Source: Leucoraja ocellata
Lineage: Eukaryota
Reading direction: 5' to 3'
Length of the DNA: 64,000 nucleotides
Assembly (NCBI GenBank): GCA_036785375.1
Contig: JAWMAR010000688.1
Span: 434,001 to 498,000, forward strand
This document shows, one piece after another, positions 39,897-53,040 of the stretch. A program made the position numbers and the translations under genes. Each line of letters begins with the position of its first letter. The stretch's first letter is position 1. Under the pieces are notes generated by a model. The model did not search any database and had not been told where the DNA came from. It saw nothing but the letters and a program-made list of their open reading frames with translations.

Positions 39897-40753
39897 CAGG
39901 TGCACAACCTTTTATCCGGAGTTCCGAAAACCAGACATTTTTTCCAGGATGTTGTCTGCACACCAAAGCTCGCGTTTGGCGCCAAACTTGACCCGAAACG
40001 ACCCACGGTCAACCCAGGTCTGTACTACTGTAGCGGCTGCCTCCTCCCCGGAGACCAGAGAACCACTTAAACATCTTATATCATTGCTTAAATGTTAGTC
40101 AGTTAGTTTGGAGGGCTTTTATGTGAAAGGGGGGGGGGGGGTGAAGGGGGAAACTTTAATTCTTAGTCCCCTACCTGGTCGGAGAGGCGGGAAGCGGGCA
40201 ATGCCTTACCAGGTTGCCGTGCAGTAAGCTCCGGAGCGCTGTGGCCGCCGACTCCCAACATCGCGGAGCTGGGGCTGCGGGCGTCCGGCCACGGGCTGCG
40301 CCGGTTGGAGCTCCGACCTCGGCGAACTCTACCCCTGGCTGCGCGGCATTCCAAATCCAGCGCGGCCGGATGCCCGCAGCCCCAGCTCCGCGATGTTGGG
40401 AGTCGGCGGCCACAGCGCTCCGGAACTTACTGCACGGCGACCTGGTAAGGCATTGCCCGCTCCCCGCTTCTCCGACCAGGTCGGGGACTAAGAATTAAAG
40501 TTTCCCCCTTCACCCCCCCCCCCCCCCCCCCCCCCACCACATAAAATCCCTCCAAACTAACTGACTAACATTTAAGCAATGATTTACAATGATTCCCCGG
40601 TCTCCGGGGAGGAGGCAGCCGCTCCAGATTTTTCAAGCCGCCCGAGCTACCTACCTAATCTACGCTAAAAATCTTCCATTCCGAAATCCGAAAAATTCCG
40701 AACTCCAAGAAGTGTCTGGTCCCAAGGCTTTCGGATAAAAGGCTGTGTACCTG
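39897..40753. mobile_element. Foldback MITE B (857 bp), same family as MITE A, opposite orientation
   Basis: TA TSD, TIR CAGGTGCACAACCTTTTATCCG / CGGATAAAAGGCTGTGTACCTG; shares subterminal blocks and palindromic arms with 18506-19745. Confidence 0.9.
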
Positions 40754-40932
40754 TATATTGCTTATTATTATGACCAAAACAGTACCCATCACAATTATCC
40801 ATTTATCAATACTTGTGAAAACTTAATGTTTATGACAGAAAACTATTACATATCGCTTTAATATTAACTATATTTATTTTGTGTTTGAGAAATGTTTTTA
40901 TTACCAAGACAAAACATTACAGACACTCGGAG

Positions 40933-41818
40933 TCTATATTATTAAAACTCTTTGTGCCGGCAATGTGTCACTCTGGTCTGTTTCTTCCTATCTTCTTCCA
41001 AACACTACACAACAGCCTTCCCATTTTCACATATTCTACTCACATTTTTCCCGTCGAAGCGATAAACACCTTCCTGTCGCATTACGACCTATATTTCCAA
41101 AGTTATTTATGATTTAAAGTTTCAAAAAAAGCTAAAACCGCTTTCTCGAAGAGCTTCCAGTGATGATGTCACAATGCCTCTCACAGTGCACCAATCACAA
41201 TGGGCCCTCAACCTGTCTGCCGACTGCTACAATGACATCACAATGGGACATTGCCAACGGTAACGATGGGCTCTCAAGCTGAGTCCCTCTCACAGTGCGC
41301 CAATCACAATGGGCTCACAAGCTGTCCAGACCCTGGTGCTGCTCTATGACCTGGGAAGGTCCTGGGGCAGTGAATGGGAGTGAGGGGAGGAGGATGAGGG
41401 AAATGAGGAGGAGGGAGATGGGATATGGTCTCTACCCCCCTTCCATCTACCCTCCCCCTCTACTCCCCTCCCTCTCCCTCTCTACCCCCTCCACCTCCTC
41501 CTCCCTATCTACCCCCTCCCTCTCTACCCCTTTCCCTCTCTACCCCTCTCCCTCTCTACCCCTCTCCCTCTCTAACCCCCTCCCTCTCTGCTGCCTCTCC
41601 CTCTCTACCCACCCCCCCCCCCCCCCTCTATCACCCCTCCCACTCTACCCCGCACCCCCTCCCTCTCCAGAGAGTGGTGACTATTGGGACCTATGGGTGA
41701 GTGGAAGAAAAATTGCGTTCGGAGACCAGCCCTCCCCTGTGACGCCACGCGCCCCCCCCCCCCCCCCCCCCCCCCCCCGGGTTGGGGGACGAAACCCAAT
41801 GGGTCCCACTTGGTCCAG
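40933..41818 (+). mobile_element. Non-autonomous Helitron-like element
   Basis: 5' TCTATATTATTAAAACTCT (compare ctattaaaactct at ~4007), shared tgatgatgtcacaatg block, C-rich tract, and 3' acccaatgggtcccacttggtCCAG|T. Confidence 0.6.
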
Positions 41819-42628
41819 TTTGATATATAAACACAAAAGGTTTGAAATACTTAGGTTAGGCAGCAGAAATCAGTTCCTTTCACTTTGATGGTTCTGTATC
41901 AACTCTTCTTGCAGTCCTTGGTTTTTATTTACCATTTTCTTCTTCCTATGGCTGATATTTAGCCTTGTGAGTAAATATTGCGAAGAGATTCAACTATGTT
42001 GACTGCCATAGTTGAAACCATTTCTCCCTTCAAAAACATACTTTGCAATAGTAATGGTTGAATTGCAATCTGGAGCTAGATTCCTATCTCATTGGCTCCA
42101 TCCAAATTCTTGCTGCCCATCTATTTGGTCAGGTTTGCACCACACCAGCTGTTGGACAAAAGTTGATCACACATTGGTAATTGAATCAGCTGTTTTACCT
42201 TCGAGCGACATCATTCATTGGGCAAGTTTAGACTTTTGTAAATGTTTGGTACCATTAAAAAGCTGATTCTTTGAGCCAAAGAAAATGTACAAAAATGAAG
42301 CTAGGAGCAATAAGGTCATGTCCTTAAAAGCATCTACAATGGGCAGTATTAGATTGACATTCAGATTAATTTATTATAATTTACACCAGTATGCAATTGA
42401 AACTCCTTGTTTACAAATGCTCATAGGGTAAGCAGTATACCTACAGTAATTGTACCGACAACAATAAATGCAACGTGCAAAATATCAAAATGGTACAAGA
42501 TTGTAATGCAGTCCAAAGTAGTAAAGTATAAAGTACAATAACAGAATATCCAATTGCAAGAGATAGATATTCATCCCACATCTGGGTGCCATCTTTTAAT
42601 ATAGTAGGTCTTATTTTTATACATATAA

Positions 42629-43490
42629 TAGCAATGTTACAAAATTTTGAGATTTAAAAAATCAAGTCTGCAATTTATCCCATCAGATAAAGCATAACAA
42701 TAAGTTTAATTTGACACCAAATTCACTTTCATATCTCAAGTATTAAAAACGTTATGACCATTTTCATACTCGGAAATTAGCATCTTGTTCCCTATTGATT
42801 TTCAATGGACATTACAAAAAAGCTGTGATCTTGGATAGTCAAACGCCCATTTCTTAAGGAAAGATTAACATTTTTAAATAGCCTAAGTGTCCAAAGATTA
42901 TTCACAAATAATTCACAATATAACATGATTTTTATATCTAATTTACATTAATTTATAGGCCAAATGGAAGGAATTTAGTGTTCAATTGCTGTAAATAAAT
43001 GCCCATTTAAATCTGCTTTCTAGTGGGTTCATGTGGAACGCGCTGGTTTAGAACGTTGACATAGCGCTGGATTAGTGCCCTCAAATGCCGAGAAAAATAC
43101 TGCGGGATATAAAAAGCCCAAAATGAACTATTCGTTATAGATAACTTGATATTCAGGGTTATATATATGCCCCATTTAATGTAAAAATAAGGTACATACC
43201 TTTAATTGTTTGCTTTATAAAACCCTGGGGCTGCGAGAGGTTGCGAAATCAGAGAGTAATTTTAAAACTATTATAACTATATTATCGAGGCCTATAAAAC
43301 TAATAATACCTTTTGCGACCGGGTCTTGCAGCGATTTTTCGTTAATGATTTACTAGGCTGAACATGTGCGATTAGTACAGCCTAGTAAAAATCGCGTTTT
43401 AAACCCGCCCCCTCCAAACAGCGCCAAAATCGCCGACATGGCTGAGGGCAGATTCCAATGACGATTCAGGTAGGTTTTGTAACATACCTA
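42629..43490. mobile_element. Non-autonomous DNA transposon (862 bp), superfamily uncertain
   Basis: Imperfect TIR TAGCAATGTTACAAAA / TTTTGTAACATACCTA, flanked by the duplication CATATAA (42622-42628 and 43491-43497). Confidence 0.7.
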
Positions 43491-45569
43491 CATATAATTT
43501 AATTGTAGTTATATCCATTATATATGTCCAGATACATTTTTGATTAGAGAATACCATTTTGCAATACAACGCAACCCATTTTAATGATGCATAATGTAAA
43601 ATTGTGTGGGGTATTGCTTGACCATTGCTATTTATGAAGATACAAAGTTCAGAAAAGTGTTTACATTGTCGAAATGCAAGAATTCATATATTCATTGTAA
43701 AGGGCTGTTGCTTCTGCAGCCCAACTTCAAAAACAAATTGAAAAAAAATCCTTCAATAGAACGTAGTGTCATACTGTATTTCAATGTATTTCTCATTGAA
43801 AGAACATTTTGTTACACAAATGGAATAACTTACTTAATAAACACTGTATCTCTAGAATTTAGCATGGTGTAAGAGGAGCTAAAAAAAATTGAAAACCGTG
43901 CAAAATTGGCTGCAAATAAAGGTTAAATAATGGTTGGTTTTCAATAAAGCAGCTTTTGTTAAGAGTTTGTTCGATCCTAACATTACTTTCAAGGATGGAA
44001 ATATTTTAGGATTTGTGAAAAGGCTAGATGTAGTTGTCAACTTAGAAATTCAGCAGACTGTAAAAGTAATTTAGACTGTATTTGCTGCCTACAGGGTTTA
44101 ATTTGTAAGGCAAAGTAGTTGCACAATTATTATGTCGAGTATTTTTTGATTTTTGCTTTACTTTAAAAAAAAAAGCGGAGTCATAACTAAGAACAGCCAA
44201 GTAAAGATTAATTTATTTTGTTCCTGCGCACCTGTTCTCTTTACTAGTATACTCTTTACTAGTTTGAATAACAGAACTGAGCCAAACAGCTGCACAGCGA
44301 AGCAGCACTAAAACTAGCTTTACTGCTGGCACCCATTTCAGCAGATGGATTAGGGAGCATCTTTCAACCACTGTAAGGCGAGATTGTATTGTTTGAGTGA
44401 ATAATTCCAGGACATATACCTCCAATCTACCTCCTTTTCCTTCTTCCTTACTACCTCATATAATCAAACCATTTATTGCCCCCCCCCCCAAAAAAAATAC
44501 CAATGGAATGCATTTGATGTTAAAGATAAAAACAAGTTTGAATGCAGAATTGTACAATTCCATGCCTTCAGCCCAATAACTCCAAATTATTTGTCTTCCT
44601 TCGTTTCCATTCTATCCTTTATATGAAATGTTTTTAAAAAGAACTCTGCAGTTATTAGATTGTAGTACATTTGAATTGGAGGCAGCAATCAGATCAACTC
44701 AATCGCAAAATGTTTACAGCATGGAAGGAGGCTATTTGGCCTGTCGCATCTGTACAGACTCCATGTAAGAGCGGTCCAGCTAGTCCCACTCTCAGTCATA
44801 CTGCACATGTCTTTGGTCCACCAAGTCAGCAGCAACTATCAACCACCCTTTTATACCAAATCCCATGTTATCCTCCTTACATTCCAGACCCTACCACTCC
44901 TGTGTGTAACATTAAAATAGTTCCCTATGATTATTTTATATGTCAGTTGGAATAGTTGCTTCTGCACACTCTGTCCATATCCTTTATGATTTTAAATGAC
45001 TACCTCTGTCAGATTGCCTTGTAAACTTTGTTAAAAAGCAAGCAACAGTCTTCTGTTCAAAAAAATGTTTTTTTTAATCTCAATATTTCTTGCCATTTTA
45101 AGTGAATAATGAACATTTACACACAAATCTTTGTTCTTGCCTCCATCTAAGAATTGTGCTTAATTACCTCTATCCAAGTGGATTTATACACAAAGTGCAG
45201 GCAGTCTTTCTGGTATCCCTTGTTGCTGATCACCACATCCTGAGGTTTTGTTTTAATTGTCTACATCAATTTTTACCCCATCTAGTATCTGAGATTCCAG
45301 CAGCAGATCTACCTTGTGGAGGATTAATTTAATACTTCAGCCAAGACCTTTTCCACCATTAGTAAATTATCTTTCCATTGCAACCTTTATCTTGTTCACA
45401 TACAAGAATACATAAAAATGTGGTGGTGTATAGATGGAATGTGCTGCCCGAGGAGGTAGTTGAGGCAGGTACTATAACAACGTTTTAAAGACATTTGGAT
45501 GGATACATGGATAGGAGCGTTTCAGATGGATTTGGGGCACATACAGGGAGGTGGGACTGGTGTACATAG

Positions 45570-45845
45570 CAGAGTTGCCAAGTAGTACGGATTTTCCGTA
45601 TTTTGTACGGAAATACGATAAGAATATGGATGTACGGATTTGCTTTACAAAGCAGCCGTTCAAACAGAAGTATACAAAGAGATGACAAAGTTATGCATTC
45701 TTGTACTCTTACATGGGTATGAACGCACATAAAAAACATTTTTTTCAGCTAAATTGCACCGCGTAAAAATACTAATTTCCTCAGCAAAATACTGATTTTC
45801 AGGTACTAGAATATTGAAATGCTCTGACAAAACTTGGCAGCTCTG
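45570..45845. mobile_element. 276-bp MITE with a 6-bp TSD, inserted in a CR1 3' tail
   Basis: TSD ACATAG (45564-45569 and 45846-45851), TIR CAGAGTTGCCAAGT / ACTTGGCAGCTCTG. Removing it restores the CR1 tail gactggtgtacatagggcatcttggtcggc. Confidence 0.82.
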
Positions 45846-47914
45846 ACATAGGGCATCTTGGTCGGCATGGACAATTTGGGCTGAAAGGCCTGTTTCTGTG
45901 CTGTAACACTCTATGGACTGATAAAGACAAAAGGAATATCTTTCATAAGGAATTAAATAAATATATTTTATAAGTGTGAGCCAATGGCCAACTCCCCTTA
46001 CAATTAAAGTTGTTACCCTCTTTGAGAACCACATTACCATCTTGGGGATTATTGTTGACCCAACACTGAACTGAATCAGATGCAGGAGTACTGACTGATC
46101 TAAAACTGGAGTGGGTGACCACCATTTTTGGCAATCATTTGGAATTAATATTCATTTTAAGCAATGGATGAGCATCAGATGAGCACTTGTCTTGCTGTCA
46201 CCACATAACTAATGCTAAGAACACACAATTGAGTATAATGGAATGCTGTCCATTTAGCAGAATAGGTGTAGCTGTGAGAACATTGAAGGTAGTTAGAAAA
46301 TACAGGAGAAAATGGTCTGTTTGATTCGCATCGTCATAAGACATGCATTTACAAGTGATAGGAGCAAAATTAGGCCATTCGGCCCATCTAGTCTACTCCG
46401 CCATCCAATCATGGCTGATCTGTCTCCTTCCTAACCCCATTCTCCTGCCTTCTCCCCATAACCCCTGACTAATCAAGAAAGCATTTTTGCTGCGCCTTTC
46501 ATGAAAGTTTCCCAAAGTACTGCAGAGCCAATGAAAAATGTATCAAACAGTAGTCGATGCCACTGCCAACTAATGCACAGAAAGCAAACATAAATAGTGC
46601 TGTTGAGGTAATCATTTAAATAATGTTTTAATCAACATTGACAAAGGCTAAATATTGTGTGGGGCACAAGAAAACACCCCAATAATTTAGAGCTTTGGAG
46701 CTCATTTTAACATTTTATTGAATATTGATTTAAATATCTACTTATTCTCCCATCAGTACACATTTACAGAATGCTCTGCAAGAAATTCCAAAGCTTTAGC
46801 ACAATTTCCACCGTATTCAGTCGGGGGTCATGTTTCTACAAGACACCAGTGTTCCTCCAAGTCAAAATATATTTAAAATCATTCTCATCCAGACCCCTTA
46901 GCCAAATGATTGTGGGAGTGAATAACATTGCTGCTTGATCTGCAACAATTCAAAAAAAAAATTGTACTGAACAGAAATTTAAATTTCGGCCTTCAATAGA
47001 TTTTACTACTAGTTAAGGAAACATCACGTCTCTATTCCACAGAGTGATGCAAGCAGAATGATCCATGGTCACGAGGGACAATCAGTGGAATAGATTGCAT
47101 ATATCAGATTGGTGCCATTTGTTGTATTGAAGTATTATGCATTTAGTCAGTGTTGCATGCAATTGGCTTTAAGTTTAACCTTCTCATTCCTTGTTCATGT
47201 GTCTAATTTCTATTCCATCGGTTGGCAAAGATCAGAGACATGAACTATCAGGTGCTTGAACTATGCTATAAATGCAGGTGCTGCACTCTAATTAGTTTTT
47301 GTAACCACGGCTTCCTTTTGAAGGGTGTTGGTGAGTCTGAAAGCACATGTGCTACTGAGGGGTTTGTATTCTTTGTTGAACTACTAGCACAGGAACAGAT
47401 ATGTTGCATCAGATCAGGCTATGAACCATGTCAAAAGATAAACAAGTAAAAGTCTTATGAACATTTATATCAGCGCACAGCTTTTACAAATAGGATTGGG
47501 CTTCCTATCTTCCTTGTGGCAATGAAAATATACAGAAATGCATCTGAAGGTATTTGGAATTAGGAACATTAGAAATACAGGCTTTTGATCAGATTCAGAT
47601 TCAATTTTAATTGTCATTGTCAGTGTACAGTACAGAGACAACGAAATGCATTGACAACGAAATCACCACAGCATTAAAAAAAAATCTCCACATCAGAGAA
47701 CTGTTGGGGAAGAATCATTGAATATATTAATGACATTTGAACCACTTTTGGCTACCCCATTTTCAGCTTCCCAGTAGAGCTGTTCATTGTGTTCTTGGGC
47801 CTGCAGTCCCATGCTCATAAGTACATAACCCCTCTGAAAACACCCGCTTGGACTGCCTTCTGCCATTGCAGGAATCTGCATGAAACTGTATGTGCTGGCC
47901 ACTGCACATTAAAA

Positions 47915-48432
47915 CGAGGATGTTGAGTCTTTATAAGGTGCTGGTGAGGCCACATTTGGAATATTGTGATCAGTTTTGGGCCCCAAATCTGAGGAAAGAT
48001 GTACTGGCTTTGGAGAGAGTCCAGAGGAGTTTTACAAGGATGATCCTGGGGATTATAGGGTTAATGTATGAGGACCATTTGAAGCCTCTATATTCACTGG
48101 AGTTCAGAAAATAAATTCTTCTTTATTTTCATTCTAAAAATATGTCCTTTTATTCTGAGGCTGTGCCCTTTGGTTCTAGACACTCCCATTACAGGAAACA
48201 TCCTTTCTACATCCACTATATCTAGGCCTTTCATTATCTCACTGGAGTTTAGTGGAATGGAGGCCAAGGCAGTGGATATTTTTAAAACAGAGATTGATAG
48301 ATTCTTGATTAGTAAGGACGTAAAGGGTACGGGGAGAAGACAGGAGAATGGGGTTGAGAGGAAAAATAGATCACACATCGAATAATGGAGCAGACTCAAT
48401 GTGCCGAATGGCCTAATTCCGCTCCTGTCATA
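47915..48432 (+). mobile_element. CR1-type fragment with an internal inverted segment (~48110-48240)
   Basis: + strand LYKVLVRPHLEYCDQFWAP, then - strand IMKGLDIVDVERMFPVMGVSRTKGHSLRIKG, then + strand EAKAVDIFKTEIDRFL. Confidence 0.8.
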
Positions 48433-50045
48433 AGGCCTTTCATCTGTTCACACCAAACTATAGGGCAACAACATCAGCATTTCATTGCTATGACGGTGAC
48501 AACAAAGGGTAGAAATTTGTGCCGTTTTCCAGTGATGTATCAGTAATGCATCTGAGCATATCATGCAACAAAAGCCCCTTTTCGTACTGATTCCATGCAT
48601 GCTTATTCCTAGGAACACATGCTGTGTACTAAGTGAGATGCTGACAGTGTACAAGGGAGTTGAGAGGTGTTGAGAGAGACTGATGTTGAGACCAAGTTGG
48701 ATTAACCATGGTCTTATGAATGGCAGAGCAGACTCAAGAGGCCATCAGCGACCGGCAGGTCGTCTTAAGGTTTTTATATGCGAAATTGCAAGTGAATGAT
48801 TTCAGTTCATTTGGTAAACTTCTGACAATTGGTTCAACACAAATTTGTGGTTGTACAGTTTTGTATAATTAATTTAGGTATGGTTCATTCATTCTTTGGA
48901 GTCGAAGAATTAAATCCACTGTTTTTAAAGATTGGTCGTTTTGCTGGAAGGTGCATTCAAAATGAACATTGAATCTTGTTCCATGTTGATGACCTTCATT
49001 TTTGGCAATCATTTGGAATTTATATTCATTTTAAGCATGAGGATTTTAAGGATGAACATTGATCCTGTGCATCTTAACCTTCTGGACCAGCCTATCATGG
49101 GGATCTTTATGAAATGCCTTACTAAAATCTATGTAGACAATAAGTACCACCCCACTGTCATCGATCACCTTTGTCACCTCTTCAAAAAAACTTGATCAGG
49201 TTAGTAAGACATGATTTGTCACGTACACAGCCATGCTCACTGCCTAATTAACTAATTCACTTCCAAATGGAAGTAAAATCCTATCTTCAAGAATTCTCTC
49301 CATTAACTTCGCTACCATAGTGTGAGGCTCATTAGCCTATAATTCCCTGGAGATTCTCTACTTCCTGTTTTTAAACAAAGGAACAACATTGACTAGACTG
49401 CAGTCCTCTGAGACCTCGCCTGTGGCTAGAGAAGACACAAAGACCTTCGCAAAGTTCCTGCTATTTCCTCTCTTCCTCTTTCAGTAACCTTGCATTAGTT
49501 CCCTTCAGGCACTATCTCTAACTTCAAACCATCCTTGTATCCCCTATTTCCATCCCTCAAGCACCCTAGTCATCGTACCAGTTTCACTGTCCTGCTGAGT
49601 TTCATTGTTTAGATCACTCGTTATCACCTTCCCCAACAAGGACCACTGTAGGCTTCACCTTTCCTTGATCATCATTGTTTTTTGCATATCTTTCATATAT
49701 TTGTTCTATGTACCTTTTCTTATCTCTCCCCCTCCATGACTCTGTCTGAAGAAGGATCTCGACCTGAAACATCACCTCGTCCTTTTCTCCAGAGATGCTG
49801 CCTGACCCGCTGAGTTACTCCAGCCTTTTATGTCTTATCTTCCATGTAAACCAGCATCTGCTGTTCTTTCCTGCACAAATTGTCTGCTCCCAATTTACTC
49901 TCCCTTGTTCCTGTGTAATAAATTTGTGATCTTCCTTACACCTATTTAGTCGAGGCCCAAAGATTTGGCAATTGGGGGGGGGGGGGGCAGCCTACAGTAC
50001 AATCCCAGTGGAGTGATTACACCTTTATTATTTGGAATTGAATAA

Positions 50046-50315
<270 letters not shown>

Positions 50316-51424
50316 TGAAAAATGTTGTATGAATCTAGTCACATCATACCGTTTATGAATATAATCAAGACATAAGTACAACAGGTAGTGCAAAGAAAAA
50401 ATACCTAGTGAAGAATATAGTGTTACAGCTTTATAGCTTTAAAGTTCCAGAGAAATTGCAATAAAACAAAAGTGCAAGGTCTGCAAGAAGGTAGGTTCGG
50501 AGATGGGAGCTACATCCTAGCTATGGGATGAATGGGGTCAAGGAAAGAGCGTTTGTCGCGGCCCTGTTTCCACCAATCTTTTCACCACCACGCACAGGAA
50601 GCGCAACATAGACACCATTGTATGCAGATGCCGAGACGTGTGTTCAGCCCTGGCTGAACAATTTCTAAACTTGTGATGTGGACTCGATAAGAAGAAGATG
50701 GGATGAATGGTCTAATAACAGCGAGGAAGAAGCTGTTCCTAAATCAGGTGGCACATGTTTTCAAGCTTTTGCATCTGCCGGATAGGAGAGTGGAGAAGAG
50801 GAAATGACGGATTAAATTGCCCTTGATTATGTTGGCTGCTTTCCCAAGGCAGCATGGAGTATAGATTGAGACACTGGGGAAGGGGGAACTGTTTGGTATG
50901 TTATGACTGCGCTGCATCCATATCTCTCTGCAATTTCTTGTGTTGAATATGTTTATGGGTCAAGTATTCACATACAAGGAATTTGCCTTGGTGCTCTACC
51001 CGCAAGTGACAACATGACATAAAATGACAGTTAGGAATGACACATAAAACATTAAACATTAATAATAAAACATTATTGATTAAACATGCGAATTAAATAA
51101 AATACTAGAGCAAAAGGAGGCTACACATTTTTGGTTATTGAGTAGAGCTTGTGGTCTTAACCGAGCTTGCCAAACCAAGTTGTGAAGCATCCGATGGGAT
51201 ACTTTCTATGTACTGGTGAAGGAGATTTATTGAGATTGAATCAATATCCCATTGGACAAAGATTCCATTTTCTCAATTGCTGTCCTCCATACTATATTCA
51301 AAGTAGGCTGGTACTATTGGGAAAGGTTTTGTTTGTACAGCTATAATAGTTAGCATCACAGATATGACAGGTGGTCGAGAAGGCTTTCGGCACATTGGCC
51401 ATCATCAGTCAGAGTATTGAGTGT

Positions 51425-51900
51425 AGAAAGACACAAAAAGCTGGAGTAATTCAGTGGGACAGGCAGTATCTCTGGTGAGAAGGAATGGGTGAAGTTTCCT
51501 CAGACTGGTTAGGGATAAAAGGAAACAAGAGATATAGACAGTGATATGGAGAGATAAAGAACAATGAATGAAAGATATGCAAAAAAGTAATGATGATAGA
51601 GGAAACATGTTTGTAGGTTGAAAATGAGAAGCTAGTGCAACTTGGGTGGGGGAGGGATAGAGAGAGAGGGAATGCCGGGATTACCTGGTGAGAGAAATCA
51701 ATATTCATACTGAGTTTCTCCAGCTTTTTGTGTAACCTTCAATATTCATACTACTGGGCTGTAAGCTGCCCAAGTGAAATATGAGATGCTGTTCCTCCAA
51801 TTTGCGTTTAGCCTCACTCTGACAATGGAGGAGACCGAGGACAGAAAGGTGTGTGTAGGAATGGGAATGAGAATTACCAGTGTCCAGCAACCTGGAGATC
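51425..51900 (-). mobile_element. Penelope-like 3' remnant (GIY-YIG C-terminus, UTR and terminal repeat); duplicate at ~60525-60955
   Basis: ORF 51705-51890 HLSVLGLLHCQSEAKRKLEEQHLIFHLGSLQPSSMNIE resembles the PLE C-terminal motif (E..WI..L....P.GLN type). Confidence 0.7.
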
Positions 51901-52244
51901 AGGTTGATCCATTATATGAAACGAGCTGCCGGAGGAGGTAGTTGAGACAAGTAACTTCTTGACCCAAATCGTCACCATTCCTTCTCTCCCGAAATGCTGC
52001 CTGTAACGCTGAGTTACTCCAGCATTTTGTGTCTATCTTCCGTTTAAACCAGCATCTGCAGTTCTTTCCCACACAGGTGCTTTCATAATGTTTAAGAAAC
52101 ATTTGGACAGGTACATGGATAGGATAGGTTTAGAGGATTATGCGGCAAGCGCTGACAGGTGGGACTAGTGCAGATGAGGCATTTTGGTTGGCGTGGGCAA
52201 GTTGGACCGAGAATGGTCTGTTTCTACACTATGACGCTTATAAC

Positions 52245-53040
52245 TATATAACCATTTACCAATTACAGCATGGAAACAGGCCATCTCGGCCCTTCTAGTC
52301 CGTGCCGAACACGTATTCTCACCTAGTCCCATCTATCTTCACTCAGCCATAACCCTGCATTCCTTTCCCGTCCTATACCTATCTAATTTATTTTTAAATG
52401 ATAAAATCAAACTGCCTCCACCACTTCCACTGGGAGCTCATTCCACACAACTACCACTCTGAATAAAGATGTTCCCCCTCATGTTACCCCTAAACCTCTG
52501 TCCCTTAATTCTCAAATCATGTCCTCTTGTTTGAATCTTCCCTACTCTCAATGGAAAAAGCTTATCCACGTCAACTCATCATTTTAAAGACCTCTATCGT
52601 CCCCCCCTTAACCTTCTGTGCTCCAAAGAATAAAGACCTAACTTGTTCAACCTTTCTCTGTATCTTAGTTGCTGAAACCCAGGCAACATTCTAGTAAATC
52701 TCCTCTGTACTCTCTCAATTTTGTTGACATCTTTCATATAATTTGGCGACCAAAACTGTACACCATACTCCAGAATTGGCCTCACCAATGCCTTGTACAA
52801 TTTTAATATTACATCCCAACTTCTATACTCAATGCTCTGATTTATAAAGGCCAGCGCACCAAAAGCTTTCTTTACCACCCCTTCTACATGAGATTCAACT
52901 TCAGGGACTATGCACAGTTATTCCTAGATCCCTCTGTTCAACTGCATTCCTCAATTCACTACCATTTACATGTACGTCCTATTTTGATTTGTCCTGACAG
53001 GATGTAGCTCCTCACCCTTATCAGCATCAAACACTTATGC
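52245..53040 (-). mobile_element. CR1-type LINE 3' fragment (same subfamily as 427-1280); duplicate at ~61295-62085
   Basis: ORF 52594-52878 VVKKAFGALAFINQSIEYRSWDVILKLYKALVRPILEYGVQFWSP. Confidence 0.88.
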
